Assembly: GCA_964291415.2 (NCBI GenBank)
Contig: OZ219920.1
Span: 1,184,001-1,248,000, forward strand
Direction: 5' to 3'
Origin: Alphaproteobacteria bacterium
Lineage (GTDB): Bacteria > Pseudomonadota > Alphaproteobacteria > SP197
DNA: 64,000 nucleotides
A program made the position numbers and the translations under genes. This document shows, piece after piece, positions 10,708 through 21,637 of this stretch (position 1 is the stretch's first letter; every line of letters starts with the position of its first letter). The notes beneath the pieces are model-generated. The model searched no databases. It saw only the letters and a program-made list of their open reading frames with translations, and had not been told where the DNA came from.

Positions 10708-11499
10708 ATGATCTTCTGGCATCATCTGGTCCCTGTTCTGCTGGTTCCGGCAGGCGTGCTGCCGTTCCTGGGCCGCTTCGAAAGGGGATTGCACTTCTGG
10801 GGTGCCTTCGGACTGGCGGCGCTTGCCGCCACGGCGTGGACCGCGGCCCAGTTCAGCCACTCCTGGTCCACGGGATTCGGACCCGCGATCTGGCTGACGG
10901 TGTCGGCCTGTCTGGTGCTGTTTCTGGTCCTTTCTCTCCTGGTTCCGGAGTTCTGGCGGCTGGGAGCCCTCCTCGGTCCCTGGATCCTCGTCATGGCAGT
11001 TCTGGCCCTGGCCTGGAACCAGGCAGAGGTGAACCGTGCGCCCGGGATCGACTCCGTCTCGGACTGGATCGGCCTTCACGTGATCCTGTCGGTCACAACC
11101 TATGTGTTCCTCACAATGGCGGCGATCGCAGGTTTCGCCGTCATTCTCCAGGAACGCTCCCTCAAGCGGCGCTCGCCGGGGCGGCTGACACCCTTGTTGC
11201 CATCCCTGGCCGATTGTGAGCGACTCGAGATCCGCCTGTTGGTGACGAGCGAGATCATCCTTGCCGCCGGAATTGCCACAGGGTTGGCGGCCACGTCGAC
11301 GACGGATGCCATCACCGGCATGAACCACAAGATCGTACTGACGGTGGCCGCCTTCGCCGTCATCGCCATGCTTCTCGTGGCCCGTCAGCTTTGGGGGACA
11401 CGGGGCCGAAGGGCGGCGCGTCTGGTGTTGACCGGCTATCTCCTGATGACTCTCGCCTATCCCGGAGTGAAGTTCGTCACGGAAGTCATTATCGGATAG
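10708..11499 (+). CDS. Cytochrome c assembly family membrane protein (CcsA/YpjD-like)
   Basis: About 8 TM segments with WIGLHVILS, LPSLADCE, HKIVL, GTRGRRA, LAYPGVKFV. Confidence 0.8.
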   Translation: MIFWHHLVPVLLVPAGVLPFLGRFERGLHFWGAFGLAALAATAWTAAQFSHSWSTGFGPAIWLTVSACLVLFLVLSLLVPEFWRLGALLGPWILVMAVLALAWNQAEVNRAPGIDSVSDWIGLHVILSVTTYVFLTMAAIAGFAVILQERSLKRRSPGRLTPLLPSLADCERLEIRLLVTSEIILAAGIATGLAATSTTDAITGMNHKIVLTVAAFAVIAMLLVARQLWGTRGRRAARLVLTGYLLMTLAYPGVKFVTEVIIG

Positions 11500-11577
11500 C
11501 TGCGGGCGGCAGGGTGCATGTGCCTGCCGGCGGCTGTATGATGGTCGGGGCTGATTTCGGGGGCTCCACCTTAATCC

Positions 11578-13821
11578 ATGAGTCTCGAGACGACCGGCGG
11601 GCACTCCCCGGACAACCCGATCAGGGCGAAGCTGCCCAGGCTGTTCGGCTGGTTCCGCAAGCCGACGGGACGGTGGTCACGCAGCCGGATCGTGAATGTG
11701 GCCCTTGCGGTGATGGCGGTGTTGTCCGGCCTTGCCACCTACGGGGCGCTTACAGGTTCGGGACCGTTCGAACCTGACCAGAACACCCTTATCGTTCTTC
11801 TGAACATCGATCTGGCCCTCCTTCTTGCCTTTGCCGTCATCATCATCCGCCGCCTTGCGGACATGTGGTCGCAGCGCCGGGAGGGAATGGCAGGTTCAAG
11901 ACTGCAGGCACGGCTGGTCGCTGCATTCGGTCTGGCGGCCACCATCCCCGCCGTTCTCATCGGCGTGTCGTCGGCGACCTTCTTCAACATGGGCATTGAC
12001 TCCTGGTTCAATGAACGGGTTCAGACGGCGATTGCCCAGTCGACCAGAATTGCCGATGCCTACCTGGAAGAACACCGCATTGCCCTTGGGGCCAGCGCAA
12101 TCGCGCTCGCCCGAGACTTTCATCTTTACGTGCCGAAGTCAGGCGGCAGCATGGAGGAGTTCACATCCTACCTTGAGGATCGCGCCGGTGTGAGAGGCAT
12201 CTCCGAATGGGTCGTGCTGAGCAGTCTCGGCCAGATCATCATGCAGGGCTCTCTGTCAACGGGTCTCGGCATGGAGCCTCTCACGGCGCATGAGATCGAA
12301 CGTGCCGATGCGGGTGATGCCGTCATTCTGAGATCAAGTGCCAGGGACAGGGTTCGCGCGCTCGTCAGCCTCAGTCGGGGCAGCACCTACCTGCTGGCGG
12401 GAAGCAGTGTCGACCCCGACGTCATCGAGAGCACCAAGAAGGTGTCTGCGGTCGCATCCTCCTACAGAAAACTCGCGCTGGAGCGAACCAGCCTGCAACT
12501 GACCTTCTCCCTCTTCTATGCCGTTGCCGCCCTTCTCCTGCTGTTCGTTGCAGTGTGGTTCGCGCTGCAGCTTGCATCTCGCCTGGTGGGCCCGGTCGTG
12601 GCTCTGGCCAACGCTGCCGAGAAGATCCGGCAGGACGACCTTTCCGTGCGCGTGTCACTGAGTGGACGATCCGACGAAATCTCCTTGCTTGGTCAAGCCT
12701 TCAACCGCATGGCCGACCGGATTGCCGAACAGCGTCATGCCCTGGTTGAAACCAACAAGGATCTCGAAGCACGGAGGCGCTTCACTGAATCGGTCCTCTC
12801 CGGCGTCAGTGCGGGAGTTATCGGACTCGATGATGCCGGGATCGTCGAACTGGTGAATCGCCGGGCGCTGGAACTGCTCAACGTGACCGAGGGCGGTCTC
12901 GTCGGAGCCAGCCTCATCGACACCATGCCCGAGGCTGCCGGACTTCTCGCGGAGGCCATGAAGGCCCGCGCGGCGTCAGGCAGCGTCAACCTCGAAAACG
13001 ACGCCGGGTTGCGGCGGCTCTTCGTGCGCATCGGCAATGTCGGGGGTGAACCGGATGGACACGTTCGACGTGGCGGGTTCGTGATGACCATCGATGACGT
13101 CACGCCACTCGTGCTCGCGCAGCGCAAGGCAGCATGGAGTGACGTGGCCCTGCGGGTGGCCCATGAAATCAAGAATCCGCTGACACCCATCACGCTTTCC
13201 GCCGAGCGGCTGGAACGCAAGTTTGCAGGCGCGATCACCGAGTCGCCCGAGGTGTTCCGGGAACTCACCGACACCATCAAGCGACAGGCAATACACATGA
13301 CCAACGTGGTCAACGAGTTCTCCCGGCACGCGCGAATGCCGACACTCATCATGTCTGCGGAAAGTGCGATTGACATTGTCGAGAAGGCTATTCGGCTTCA
13401 AGAGATTTCCGATACCCGCGTCGTCTTCGAGCGCATCTATCCCGAGATCCCGCCGGTGGTGCACTGTGACGGGGACATGATCTGCGCCGCCATCTTCAAC
13501 ATCGTCAAGAACTCGGCGGAGGCCTTCCGCATGGACGATGTGGAAAGGCCGGAGGGAGACATCGTGAGGGTCACCATTGCGGAAGAGGACGCATGGTGTG
13601 TTATCAGGATTGAGGACAATGGTCCCGGATTTCCCGTGGAGCGCCCCGAGACACTCCTTGAACCGCATGAATCCCATGGCAAGGATGACGGCTACGGTCT
13701 CGGTCTGACGATTGCACGATCAACGGTCAGGGACCACGGCGGGGACCTCGTCTTGCGGAACAGGGAGGAAGGCGGTGCGTCGGTGATCCTGTCGCTGCCT
13801 CTGGAACGGAACGACGACTGA
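11578..13821 (+). CDS. ntrY: Sensor histidine kinase NtrY
   Basis: TM region, HAMP (DEISLLGQAFNRM), PAS, AWSDVALRVAHEIKNPLTPI, DNGPGF, GLGL. Confidence 0.93.
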   Translation: MSLETTGGHSPDNPIRAKLPRLFGWFRKPTGRWSRSRIVNVALAVMAVLSGLATYGALTGSGPFEPDQNTLIVLLNIDLALLLAFAVIIIRRLADMWSQRREGMAGSRLQARLVAAFGLAATIPAVLIGVSSATFFNMGIDSWFNERVQTAIAQSTRIADAYLEEHRIALGASAIALARDFHLYVPKSGGSMEEFTSYLEDRAGVRGISEWVVLSSLGQIIMQGSLSTGLGMEPLTAHEIERADAGDAVILRSSARDRVRALVSLSRGSTYLLAGSSVDPDVIESTKKVSAVASSYRKLALERTSLQLTFSLFYAVAALLLLFVAVWFALQLASRLVGPVVALANAAEKIRQDDLSVRVSLSGRSDEISLLGQAFNRMADRIAEQRHALVETNKDLEARRRFTESVLSGVSAGVIGLDDAGIVELVNRRALELLNVTEGGLVGASLIDTMPEAAGLLAEAMKARAASGSVNLENDAGLRRLFVRIGNVGGEPDGHVRRGGFVMTIDDVTPLVLAQRKAAWSDVALRVAHEIKNPLTPITLSAERLERKFAGAITESPEVFRELTDTIKRQAIHMTNVVNEFSRHARMPTLIMSAESAIDIVEKAIRLQEISDTRVVFERIYPEIPPVVHCDGDMICAAIFNIVKNSAEAFRMDDVERPEGDIVRVTIAEEDAWCVIRIEDNGPGFPVERPETLLEPHESHGKDDGYGLGLTIARSTVRDHGGDLVLRNREEGGASVILSLPLERNDD

Positions 13822-15221
13822 TGAAGCACGACATCCTCATCGTTGATGATGAGCGCGACATTCGTCGGGCGCTGGCCGATGTTCTCGAGGATGAGGGCTA
13901 TCAGGCGCGCACGGCGTCCGATCCCGATTCCGCAGATGCCATGATCGCTGAACAGGTGCCTTCCCTGTTGATCCTGGACATCTGGTTTCGCGGGTCGCGA
14001 CGCGATGGCGTCGAACTGCTGCGCGACTACGTCGCCCACCATCCGTTCATGCCGATCATCATGATCAGCGGTCACGGCACCATCACCACCGCTGTCAAGT
14101 GCACCAGGATCGGCGCCTACGACTTCATCGAGAAGCCCCTTCAGACCGACAAGGTGCTCCTGGTGGTCAAACGGGCACTCGACGAAGCACGACTGCGTCG
14201 CGAGAACGAGGAACTGAGGCGTTCCACCCGTGTGCTCGACGATCTCGTCGGCGAATCACGGGCCATGGTGCAGTTGCGCGAGGCCATTTCCCGGGTTGCG
14301 CCCACTGGCAGCAGAGTTCTGATCACGGGTCCGGCAGGTTCCGGCAAGGAACTCGTGGCTCGGCATATTCACCAGCAGTCGCCACGCACAGGTGGACCGT
14401 TCGTGGCCATCAATGCCGCCACGATGGAGCCCGAGAGGGTAGAGGAGGAACTCTTCGGACGGGAAACCCGGACCTCACCCGGCGTGCCGGTCGTCACCCA
14501 CGGAGTGTTCGAGCGCGCCAACGGAGGCACACTGTTCCTCGACAATGTTCCGGACATGCCGCTGGCCACGCAAGGCAAGATCCTGAGAGCCCTCCAGGAA
14601 CAGGTGTTCACCCGACTGGGCGGCGACACGCCGGTCAGGGCCGATGTTCGTGTCCTCACATCCGCGGGTGGCAACATCACCGCAGCGGTGCAATCAGGCC
14701 ATTTCCGTGAGGATCTCTACTACCGTCTGAATGTCGTGTCGATCGATGTCCCGCCACTTTCGGAAAGGCGGGAAGATGTGGCGTTGCTGTCGAAGTATTT
14801 CATCAGGCGCGCCGTGCGTCAGCAGGGTCTCTGTGCCCGGACGCTGACGGGCGATGCCGAAATGGCTCTGTTGATGGCCAACTGGCCTGGCAATGTGCGC
14901 CAGTTGCGCAATGTGATCGAGTCCTTGCTGATCATGACGCCGGAGGGCGAGGACGGGGCAATCACGGTGGAAATGCTGCCTGGGGAAGTGAGGCAGACCA
15001 GCCCGGCTCCCGTCCTGTTTCACGATTCCAGCGAGGTGATGTCCCTTGGACTGCGTGAGGCACGGGCGGCTTTCGAACGCAAGTACCTGTTGACCCAGCT
15101 GGCGCGCTTCGGCAACAACATTTCGCGGACGGCCGCCGCGGTCGGCATGGAACGGTCCGCGTTGCACCGGAAACTGAGAGCACTGGGTGTCAGCGTCGCC
15201 GAACGCGACACCGGAGGCTGA
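13821..15221 (+). CDS. ntrX: Response regulator NtrX (REC-AAA+-Fis HTH)
   Basis: ILIVDDE, LDIW, MISGHG, GPAGSGKE, no GAFTGA loop, FREDLYYRL, WPGNVRQL, MERSALHRKL. Confidence 0.93.
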   Translation: MKHDILIVDDERDIRRALADVLEDEGYQARTASDPDSADAMIAEQVPSLLILDIWFRGSRRDGVELLRDYVAHHPFMPIIMISGHGTITTAVKCTRIGAYDFIEKPLQTDKVLLVVKRALDEARLRRENEELRRSTRVLDDLVGESRAMVQLREAISRVAPTGSRVLITGPAGSGKELVARHIHQQSPRTGGPFVAINAATMEPERVEEELFGRETRTSPGVPVVTHGVFERANGGTLFLDNVPDMPLATQGKILRALQEQVFTRLGGDTPVRADVRVLTSAGGNITAAVQSGHFREDLYYRLNVVSIDVPPLSERREDVALLSKYFIRRAVRQQGLCARTLTGDAEMALLMANWPGNVRQLRNVIESLLIMTPEGEDGAITVEMLPGEVRQTSPAPVLFHDSSEVMSLGLREARAAFERKYLLTQLARFGNNISRTAAAVGMERSALHRKLRALGVSVAERDTGG

Positions 15222-15226
15222 GTGCC

Positions 15227-16603
15227 ATGCGTGTCATTGTCTGTGGAGCCGGACAGGTCGGCTACAATATTGCCCGCAGACTGGCGGAGGAAGCCAACGA
15301 TGTCACCGTGATCGACAGTGATGCCTCCCGCATCACCAGGGTGACGGAGAACATTGACGCGAAGGGACTGGTCGGATTTGCGGCCCATCCGCCGGTACTC
15401 CAGCGCGCCGGCGCCGAAGATGCTGACATGCTGATTGCCGTCACCTACGCCGACGAAGTCAACATGATTGCCTGCCAGGTGGCGCATTCCATCTTCGACG
15501 TACCCACCAAGATCGCCCGGGTGCGCCACCAGTCCTATCTCGATCTCGCGTGGAGCAATCTCTACAGCCGGGATCACATGCCCATCAATGTCATCATCTC
15601 GCCGGAAATCGAAGTGGGGCGCGCCATCATCAGGCGTCTCGAGGTTCCAGGCGCAATCGATATCGTGTCGATGGCCGATGACCGGGTGCGCGCCATTGCC
15701 GTGCGGTGTCATGCCGACTGCCCGATTCTTGACACGCCCCTTGAGGAACTCACGGAGCTCTTTCCCAACCTCAAGGTCTTTGTTGTCGGCATCGTGCGCC
15801 ATGGTGAACTGTTCATCCCCACGGGCCGGACGGAAATGCGCGCGGGGGATGTCGTCTACTTTGTGACCTCGAGCGACCACATGCACCGGTCGATGTCCGT
15901 CTTCGGCCATGAGGAACCGGAAGCCCGCCGGGTGATCATAGTCGGCGGCGGCAACATCGGCCTCTACGTTGCACGCGAGATGGAAAAGCGCCATGCCGAC
16001 GTGCGCTGCAAGGTCATCGAGATCAATGAGAGTCGGGCTCGGGAGGTCGCCGATCAGTTGATACGAACAACGGTGCTGCTCGGTGATGCGCTGGAACGCA
16101 AGCTCCTTGAGGAAGCGGGTGCCGGGGATGTCGAGACAGTGGTTGCTGTTTCCAATGATGACGAGGTCAACATTCTCTCGTCACTCCTGGCAAAGAGGCT
16201 TGGTGCAAAGCGGGCCATTACACTGGTCAATTCAGAGAGTTACGACCCCCTGGTCGAGGATCTTGGTGTCGATTCAGTGGTCAATCCCAGGGGTTCCACG
16301 GTCTCGACGATCCTCCAGCACATTCGCCGCGGCCGCGTTCGCAGCGTCTACAGCATTCACGAGGGCGCCGGTGAGTTCATCGAAGCCGAGGCCCTTGAAA
16401 CAACCCGGATCACCAACCGGAGAATTCGCGACATTCACCTCGCCAGGGGCATCCTCATCGCCGCCCTCGTACGAGGTCAGGAAGTCATCGTTCCCCACGG
16501 TGACACGCGGATCCAGGTCGGTGACCGGGTGGTTCTCTTCGCCAGCACCAACCTGATGAGCAAGGTCGAGAAACTCCTCTCCGTGGGCCTCGAGTTCTTC
16601 TGA
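15227..16603 (+). CDS. trkA: Trk potassium uptake NAD-binding subunit
   Basis: Two RCK domains (CGAGQVG; VGGGNIG), DEVNMIACQVA. Confidence 0.95.
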   Translation: MRVIVCGAGQVGYNIARRLAEEANDVTVIDSDASRITRVTENIDAKGLVGFAAHPPVLQRAGAEDADMLIAVTYADEVNMIACQVAHSIFDVPTKIARVRHQSYLDLAWSNLYSRDHMPINVIISPEIEVGRAIIRRLEVPGAIDIVSMADDRVRAIAVRCHADCPILDTPLEELTELFPNLKVFVVGIVRHGELFIPTGRTEMRAGDVVYFVTSSDHMHRSMSVFGHEEPEARRVIIVGGGNIGLYVAREMEKRHADVRCKVIEINESRAREVADQLIRTTVLLGDALERKLLEEAGAGDVETVVAVSNDDEVNILSSLLAKRLGAKRAITLVNSESYDPLVEDLGVDSVVNPRGSTVSTILQHIRRGRVRSVYSIHEGAGEFIEAEALETTRITNRRIRDIHLARGILIAALVRGQEVIVPHGDTRIQVGDRVVLFASTNLMSKVEKLLSVGLEFF

Positions 16604-16604
16604 G

Positions 16605-17480
16605 ATGTCGCGCATCGCATATGTCAACGGCCGGTACTGCGCCCACTCCCGGGCCAGTGTTCACATCGATGACCGCGCCCACACCTTTGCCGACGGAATC
16701 TACGAGGTCATTCTCGTGGTCAACTGCCACCTGATCGACCTTGACGATCATTTCCGGCGCCTGGATCGCTCGCTGGCCGAACTCGACATTCCGCAACCGA
16801 TGACAGGACGCGTACTCACCCACATCATGAACCGCACGATCCACCTGAACAGGGTGGTCGATGGTATCGTCTATCTGCAGATCAGCCGTGGCGCGGCACC
16901 CCGCAACCACGTCTTCGACAACGCGGCCCTGACCCCGGGCGTGGTGTGTACGGCACGGCGCATGGCATTGCCCGCGACATCGCGTGACGCTTCAGGGGTC
17001 GACGTCATCACGCTCCCCGACACACGCTGGGCACGTGTCGACATCAAGAGCGTCTCTCTTCTTCCCAATGTCCTGGCCCGCACGAAGGCAGCCGGGCAGG
17101 GGGCCTACGAGGCCTGGCTCGTCGACGGGAACGGCCTTGTGACCGAGTGCGCCGCCTCCAATGCCTGGATCGTTGATTCCAGCGGACGTCTTGTCACGCG
17201 GCCGGTCACGGACGGGATTCTGCGGGGCATCACCCGCGAGCGGGTGATGGCACTGGCTCGCGAGTTGTCAATCGAGGTTGTCGAACGCCCCTTCAGCGTG
17301 GCCGAGGCGATGGAGGCTCGTGAAGCCTTCCTGACCAGCACCACCTCCCTCGTCAAGGCGGTTTCGCGCATTGACGAGACGGTCATCGGCAACGGCCATC
17401 CCGGCCATGTGACCTGTCGGCTGCTCGATGCCTACCTCGACTTCGCGCGCCGGCAGGCGCTGCCGGACGGGGTTTCCTGA
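16605..17480 (+). CDS. dat: D-amino-acid transaminase (class IV PLP)
   Basis: IAYVNG, DRAHTFADGIYEV, RVDIKSVSLLPN, ILRGITR; usual dat-hfq synteny. Confidence 0.88.
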   Translation: MSRIAYVNGRYCAHSRASVHIDDRAHTFADGIYEVILVVNCHLIDLDDHFRRLDRSLAELDIPQPMTGRVLTHIMNRTIHLNRVVDGIVYLQISRGAAPRNHVFDNAALTPGVVCTARRMALPATSRDASGVDVITLPDTRWARVDIKSVSLLPNVLARTKAAGQGAYEAWLVDGNGLVTECAASNAWIVDSSGRLVTRPVTDGILRGITRERVMALARELSIEVVERPFSVAEAMEAREAFLTSTTSLVKAVSRIDETVIGNGHPGHVTCRLLDAYLDFARRQALPDGVS

Positions 17481-17576
17481 CGGCCGTTCGCGTGTAGTCT
17501 TGGGGTGACCGGCACGGATTGCCATCCTCCCCGGTCGCGGCACATGTCAAGGAGCAGCATGCGGGATACCGGTATC

Positions 17577-17834
17577 ATGGCACAGACAAGACAACAGAAC
17601 CTCCAGGACACGTTCCTCAATGCCGTCCGCAAGTCGAAAGTTCCGGTGACAGTCTATCTCGTGAACGGCGTCAAACTGCAGGGCATCATCACCTGGTTTG
17701 ACAACTTCTGCCTGCTCCTGCGACGGGACGGCCATTCGCAACTCGTTTACAAGCACGCGGTGTCGACCGTCATGCCCGAGGGAATGGTGAACCTGCAGCT
17801 TGCTGGTGATGGAGAGACGCCCGACAATGCCTGA
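17577..17834 (+). CDS. hfq: RNA chaperone Hfq
   Basis: QNLQDTFLN...[14 protein letters not shown]...[13 protein letters not shown]; alternative start at 17559. Confidence 0.98.
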   Translation: MAQTRQQNLQDTFLNAVRKSKVPVTVYLVNGVKLQGIITWFDNFCLLLRRDGHSQLVYKHAVSTVMPEGMVNLQLAGDGETPDNA

Positions 17835-19143
17835 GGCATCGCGCGAGGCCGCAGTCACGCGAACCAGCGTCATTCATCCTTCACTCGGCGGTGGGCGTGG
17901 CAGACGCAATGGGCCTGAGGCTCTGGAGGAGGCAGTCAGTCTGGCGAGAGCCATCGATCTCGAGGTCCGGGACGCCCGCGTCCTTCCCGTAAAGCGCCCC
18001 CAGGCAGGCACGTTTCTGGGAAAGGGACAAGTCGAGGAGCTCAAGTTCCAGGTCGCTTCGGCGTCGATCGATCTTGTCTTTGTCGATACGGCCCTGTCGC
18101 CGGTACAGCAACGCAATCTGGAACAGCAGCTGCAGACCAAGGTCATCGATCGCACTGGGCTGATTCTCGATATCTTCGGTGCGCGCGCCGCCACACGCGA
18201 AGGCGTGCTGCAGGTGGAGATGGCGGCGCTCACCTATCAGCGCAGCCGTCTTGTGCGGAGCTGGACCCATCTGGAACGCCAGCGTGGCGGACTGGGTTTT
18301 GTGGGCGGACCTGGTGAATCCCAGCTCGAAATCGACCGTCGCCTGATCGGTCAGCGCATAGCCCGGCTGCGTCGTGATCTCGACGGCGTCGTCGCGATGC
18401 GCGGCCAGCATCGCAATGCACGGCGCAAGGTGCCGTGGCCGACTGTCGCTCTGGTGGGCTATACCAACGCCGGCAAATCGACACTCTTCAACCGATTGAC
18501 CGGGGCCGGCGTCTATGCCGATGACAGGCTGTTTGCCACGCTCGATCCCACCATGCGGGCTCTCGACCTCGGATGCGGGATGCGCGCGATCCTCTCCGAC
18601 ACAGTCGGATTCGTATCCGAACTTCCCGAGACTCTCGTTGCCGCGTTTCGCGCCACCCTGGAGGAGGTGACAGAGGCATCGCTCATCGTTCACGTGCGCA
18701 ACGCGCACCACCCCGAGCATGAGCGCCAGGCGACCGACGTGATGGCCGTGCTGGCAAACCTTGGCATCGACGAACTCGACGCCTCCGAGAGGATGATCAC
18801 CGCCTACAACAAACGTGACATGCTCGATGACGACTCCGCGTCACGGTTGCGCGCGGTTGCCGAACGCCAGGGCGATGCAGCCGTCATTTCGGCTCGGACG
18901 GGAGAAGGGCTCGATGACCTTGTCGACCTCATTGCCCGTCGCCTGGCCGGCAGACACCGCCTCGTCGAACTCAGCGTACCCGTCAGGGATGGCGCCGCCA
19001 TCGGTTATCTCTATCGCCACGCCGAAATCGTCGAACGCAGCGATGGCGATCACGACATTCATCTCAAGGTCCGCATCCAGGCCAGTGACCTCGGTCGCTT
19101 CCACAAGCGTTTCCCTCGTCCGGTTCCTTCGCGCCGGCAGTAG
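17827..19143 (+). CDS. hflX: Ribosome-splitting GTPase HflX
   Basis: [46 protein letters not shown]. Confidence 0.97.
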   Translation: MPEASREAAVTRTSVIHPSLGGGRGRRNGPEALEEAVSLARAIDLEVRDARVLPVKRPQAGTFLGKGQVEELKFQVASASIDLVFVDTALSPVQQRNLEQQLQTKVIDRTGLILDIFGARAATREGVLQVEMAALTYQRSRLVRSWTHLERQRGGLGFVGGPGESQLEIDRRLIGQRIARLRRDLDGVVAMRGQHRNARRKVPWPTVALVGYTNAGKSTLFNRLTGAGVYADDRLFATLDPTMRALDLGCGMRAILSDTVGFVSELPETLVAAFRATLEEVTEASLIVHVRNAHHPEHERQATDVMAVLANLGIDELDASERMITAYNKRDMLDDDSASRLRAVAERQGDAAVISARTGEGLDDLVDLIARRLAGRHRLVELSVPVRDGAAIGYLYRHAEIVERSDGDHDIHLKVRIQASDLGRFHKRFPRPVPSRRQ

Positions 19144-19178
19144 GCGGCGTGATCAGTTCTCAATGCGCAGCCGGGCGA

Positions 19179-19997
19179 TCACCTGCTGGCGGCTTCCTCA
19201 TCCTTGGCAATGGTCCACAGGGTGTCGAGTTCTTCAGCCCCACAGTCACTGATCGTCCGGTTGTCACGGCTGAGGCAGCGTTCGATGAAACGGTAGCGTA
19301 TCTCAAAGCGCGCTGCGCTGCGGCGCAATGCGCTCTCGGGATCGACGTCCAGATGACGGGCAAGATTGACGGTGGCGAAGAGAACATCGCCGAGTTCATC
19401 GGCGATGCGTTGGGATGAACCGCCTGCAATCTCCTGCGAGAGTTCCTCGACTTCAGAGATCACATCCTCCAGCGCCTCGCCTGGCGAAGCGAATCCGAAC
19501 CCCTGGCCCGCCACGCGGTCATGGATCTTGCGAGTGCGGGTGAGGGCAGGGAGGTTGGCGCTGATTCCATCGAGGGCGGACACGTCCCTGCCTCCTGCGC
19601 GGGACTGGTCCTGACGTTCCTGCGCCTTCATTTCTTCCCATTTCACCGTTTGTTCGGCGGCTGAGTTTACATCCGCTCCATCCGCGAAGACATGGGGATG
19701 ACGGCGCACCATCTTCTCCGAGATCGCCTCGACCACGTCGCCAAACCCGAAGAGGCCACGCTCTCGCGCCATTCGGGCATGAAACACGACCTGGAAAAGC
19801 AGGTCGCCAAGCTCCGTCTTCAGTGCCGTCCAGTCTTCCCTGTCGATGGCATCGGCAACCTCGTAGGCCTCCTCGATGGTATAGGGAGAGATCGAGGCGA
19901 AGGACTGTTCAACATCCCACGGACACCCGGTGGCGGGATCGCGCAGGCGCACCATGATTTCGAGCAAACGGGCGATGGAACCAGAGTCATCCATCAC
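19179..19997 (-). CDS. mazG: Nucleoside triphosphate pyrophosphohydrolase MazG
   Basis: LRDPATGCPWD, EEAYEV, ELGDLLFQV, RRHPHVF, second ELGDVLF. Confidence 0.96.
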   Translation of the reverse strand: MMDDSGSIARLLEIMVRLRDPATGCPWDVEQSFASISPYTIEEAYEVADAIDREDWTALKTELGDLLFQVVFHARMARERGLFGFGDVVEAISEKMVRRHPHVFADGADVNSAAEQTVKWEEMKAQERQDQSRAGGRDVSALDGISANLPALTRTRKIHDRVAGQGFGFASPGEALEDVISEVEELSQEIAGGSSQRIADELGDVLFATVNLARHLDVDPESALRRSAARFEIRYRFIERCLSRDNRTISDCGAEELDTLWTIAKDEEAASR

Positions 19998-20011
19998 CCG
20001 TCAACCGGAGA

Positions 20012-20036
20012 CGCCCGGCGCCGGAAGCGCCGGGCG
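20012..20036 (-). terminator. GC-rich hairpin downstream of the SBP gene (possible terminator or stabiliser)
   Basis: Perfect 10-bp stem CGCCCGGCGC-CGGAA-GCGCCGGGCG; only a weak U-tract. Confidence 0.5.
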
Positions 20037-20059
20037 GTCCTTGCAACAACACCCCTGCA

Positions 20060-21637
20060 TCAGGTCCAGGCGAACCTCTGCATGTAGAACTGCCAGCCGC
20101 TCGGCCGGATCGACGGTGACAGATCGTCACGGTGGATGATGCCCACGGGTTCATGCGTGATCCACACGTAGGCACCGGTGTCTTCCATGATGTCCTGCAT
20201 GCGCAGGTAGATCTCCTCGCGTCGCGACTCGTCGGTTTCGCCAAGTCCCTCGAGGAACAATGCGTCGAACTCGGGATCCTTCCACCGTTCCCAGTTCCAC
20301 ACCCCGACCTGGGCCTCGACATACCACTGCGACATCTGGCTGGGATCCGGAGCGTCACCGTAGCGCATGATCCACAGCTGCAGGTCCTTCCAGTCGTCTC
20401 CGGACGATTCCAGCCCCAGGTTCCAGAAGGGGCCAGGGTCCAGCGGAATGACATCAAGCTCGATACCGACATCCGCCAGGTTGGCCTGGATGACCGTGGC
20501 TGCCGCCATGCGGTCGGTACGGTTGATCGTCTTGAGCTCCAGCTGAAGGCCTTCGGCGCCAGCCTCGGCAATCAGGGCGCGGGCTTCATCCGGCGCGAAG
20601 CCGTAGTTGCTGTAATCGCGGTGGCCTACGACACCTGGAGGCACGATACCGTGAGACTTCGGAGCCACGCCGGCATAGGCGGCCTCGAGGATGGTATCGA
20701 CGTCGATAGCCCGCTGGATGGCCTTGCGCACGCGAACGTCCTGAAGCTTGGGATGTTCGGTGTTGATTCCCATCCAGGTCCACAACAGTCCCGGATAGAC
20801 CTTGAGAACGGTATCGTCCGGGGCTCCATCGCTCTGGTAGCGGGCCAGCGTGTCCGTGCTGATGTGGGTGAAATCGACATCGCCGGCCTCATAGGCGATT
20901 TCAGCCGTCTTCTCGTCCTCGATGATGATGAACCGCACGGTATTGATGGCGGCAGGGGTCCCGGTCCAGAACGGATTGGCCTCGAGTTCATAGAACTGCT
21001 TGGGAGACCATTCCTTCACGCGGAAGGGCCCGATATAGAAATTGAAGATGCCGTCGTACTTGCCGCCGGCTGCCTCCACCGCCTTGCGGCACAGGATGTT
21101 GCCGGTACCTGATGCCAGCCACGTGTACCAGACCGGGGCAAAGGGCTGGTTGAGATGGATGATGCCGGAATGGGTGCCCGTGATCTCGACATGATCGAGT
21201 GTTGCCGCCTTGTCCTTCCACTCGGACTCCTTGATCCGCTCGAGCGAGAACTTGACGTCTTCGGCATCAAGTTCGCTGATGACCTCGTGCGTCGTGCCAT
21301 CATGCCACTCAATTCCCTTCTTGAGCTCGAAGACGATGGTCTGGGCATCCACCTGCTCGACGTGCGTGACAAACTCGCTGGGCGACCAGGACCAGTCCGG
21401 CCCTTCGTTCAGGGTCGCCAGCTGAGCCAGACAGGCATACTGCAGGACCGTTTCCATGCCGCCCACCATGTAGCCCGGGTCCGTCGACACGATCGTGCGG
21501 TTGGTGCGCATGCGCAGGGCCCGATCAGGCGTGACCGAAGCCTGTGCCGGCATCATCCACGACTGCACCATGGCTGCAGCCGACATCGCCGCGGTGGCTC
21601 CCATGAGAGTGCGGCGGTTGAGTTCCGGTTGCTTCAT
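20060..21637 (-). CDS. ABC transporter substrate-binding protein, family 5 (Opp/Dpp-like), Tat signal
   Basis: MKQPELNRRTLMG Tat signal, W-HDG...DVKFSLER, GPFRVKEW, DVRVRKAI, IQANLADVGI; SD GAGGGAG. Confidence 0.9.
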   Translation of the reverse strand: MKQPELNRRTLMGATAAMSAAAMVQSWMMPAQASVTPDRALRMRTNRTIVSTDPGYMVGGMETVLQYACLAQLATLNEGPDWSWSPSEFVTHVEQVDAQTIVFELKKGIEWHDGTTHEVISELDAEDVKFSLERIKESEWKDKAATLDHVEITGTHSGIIHLNQPFAPVWYTWLASGTGNILCRKAVEAAGGKYDGIFNFYIGPFRVKEWSPKQFYELEANPFWTGTPAAINTVRFIIIEDEKTAEIAYEAGDVDFTHISTDTLARYQSDGAPDDTVLKVYPGLLWTWMGINTEHPKLQDVRVRKAIQRAIDVDTILEAAYAGVAPKSHGIVPPGVVGHRDYSNYGFAPDEARALIAEAGAEGLQLELKTINRTDRMAAATVIQANLADVGIELDVIPLDPGPFWNLGLESSGDDWKDLQLWIMRYGDAPDPSQMSQWYVEAQVGVWNWERWKDPEFDALFLEGLGETDESRREEIYLRMQDIMEDTGAYVWITHEPVGIIHRDDLSPSIRPSGWQFYMQRFAWT

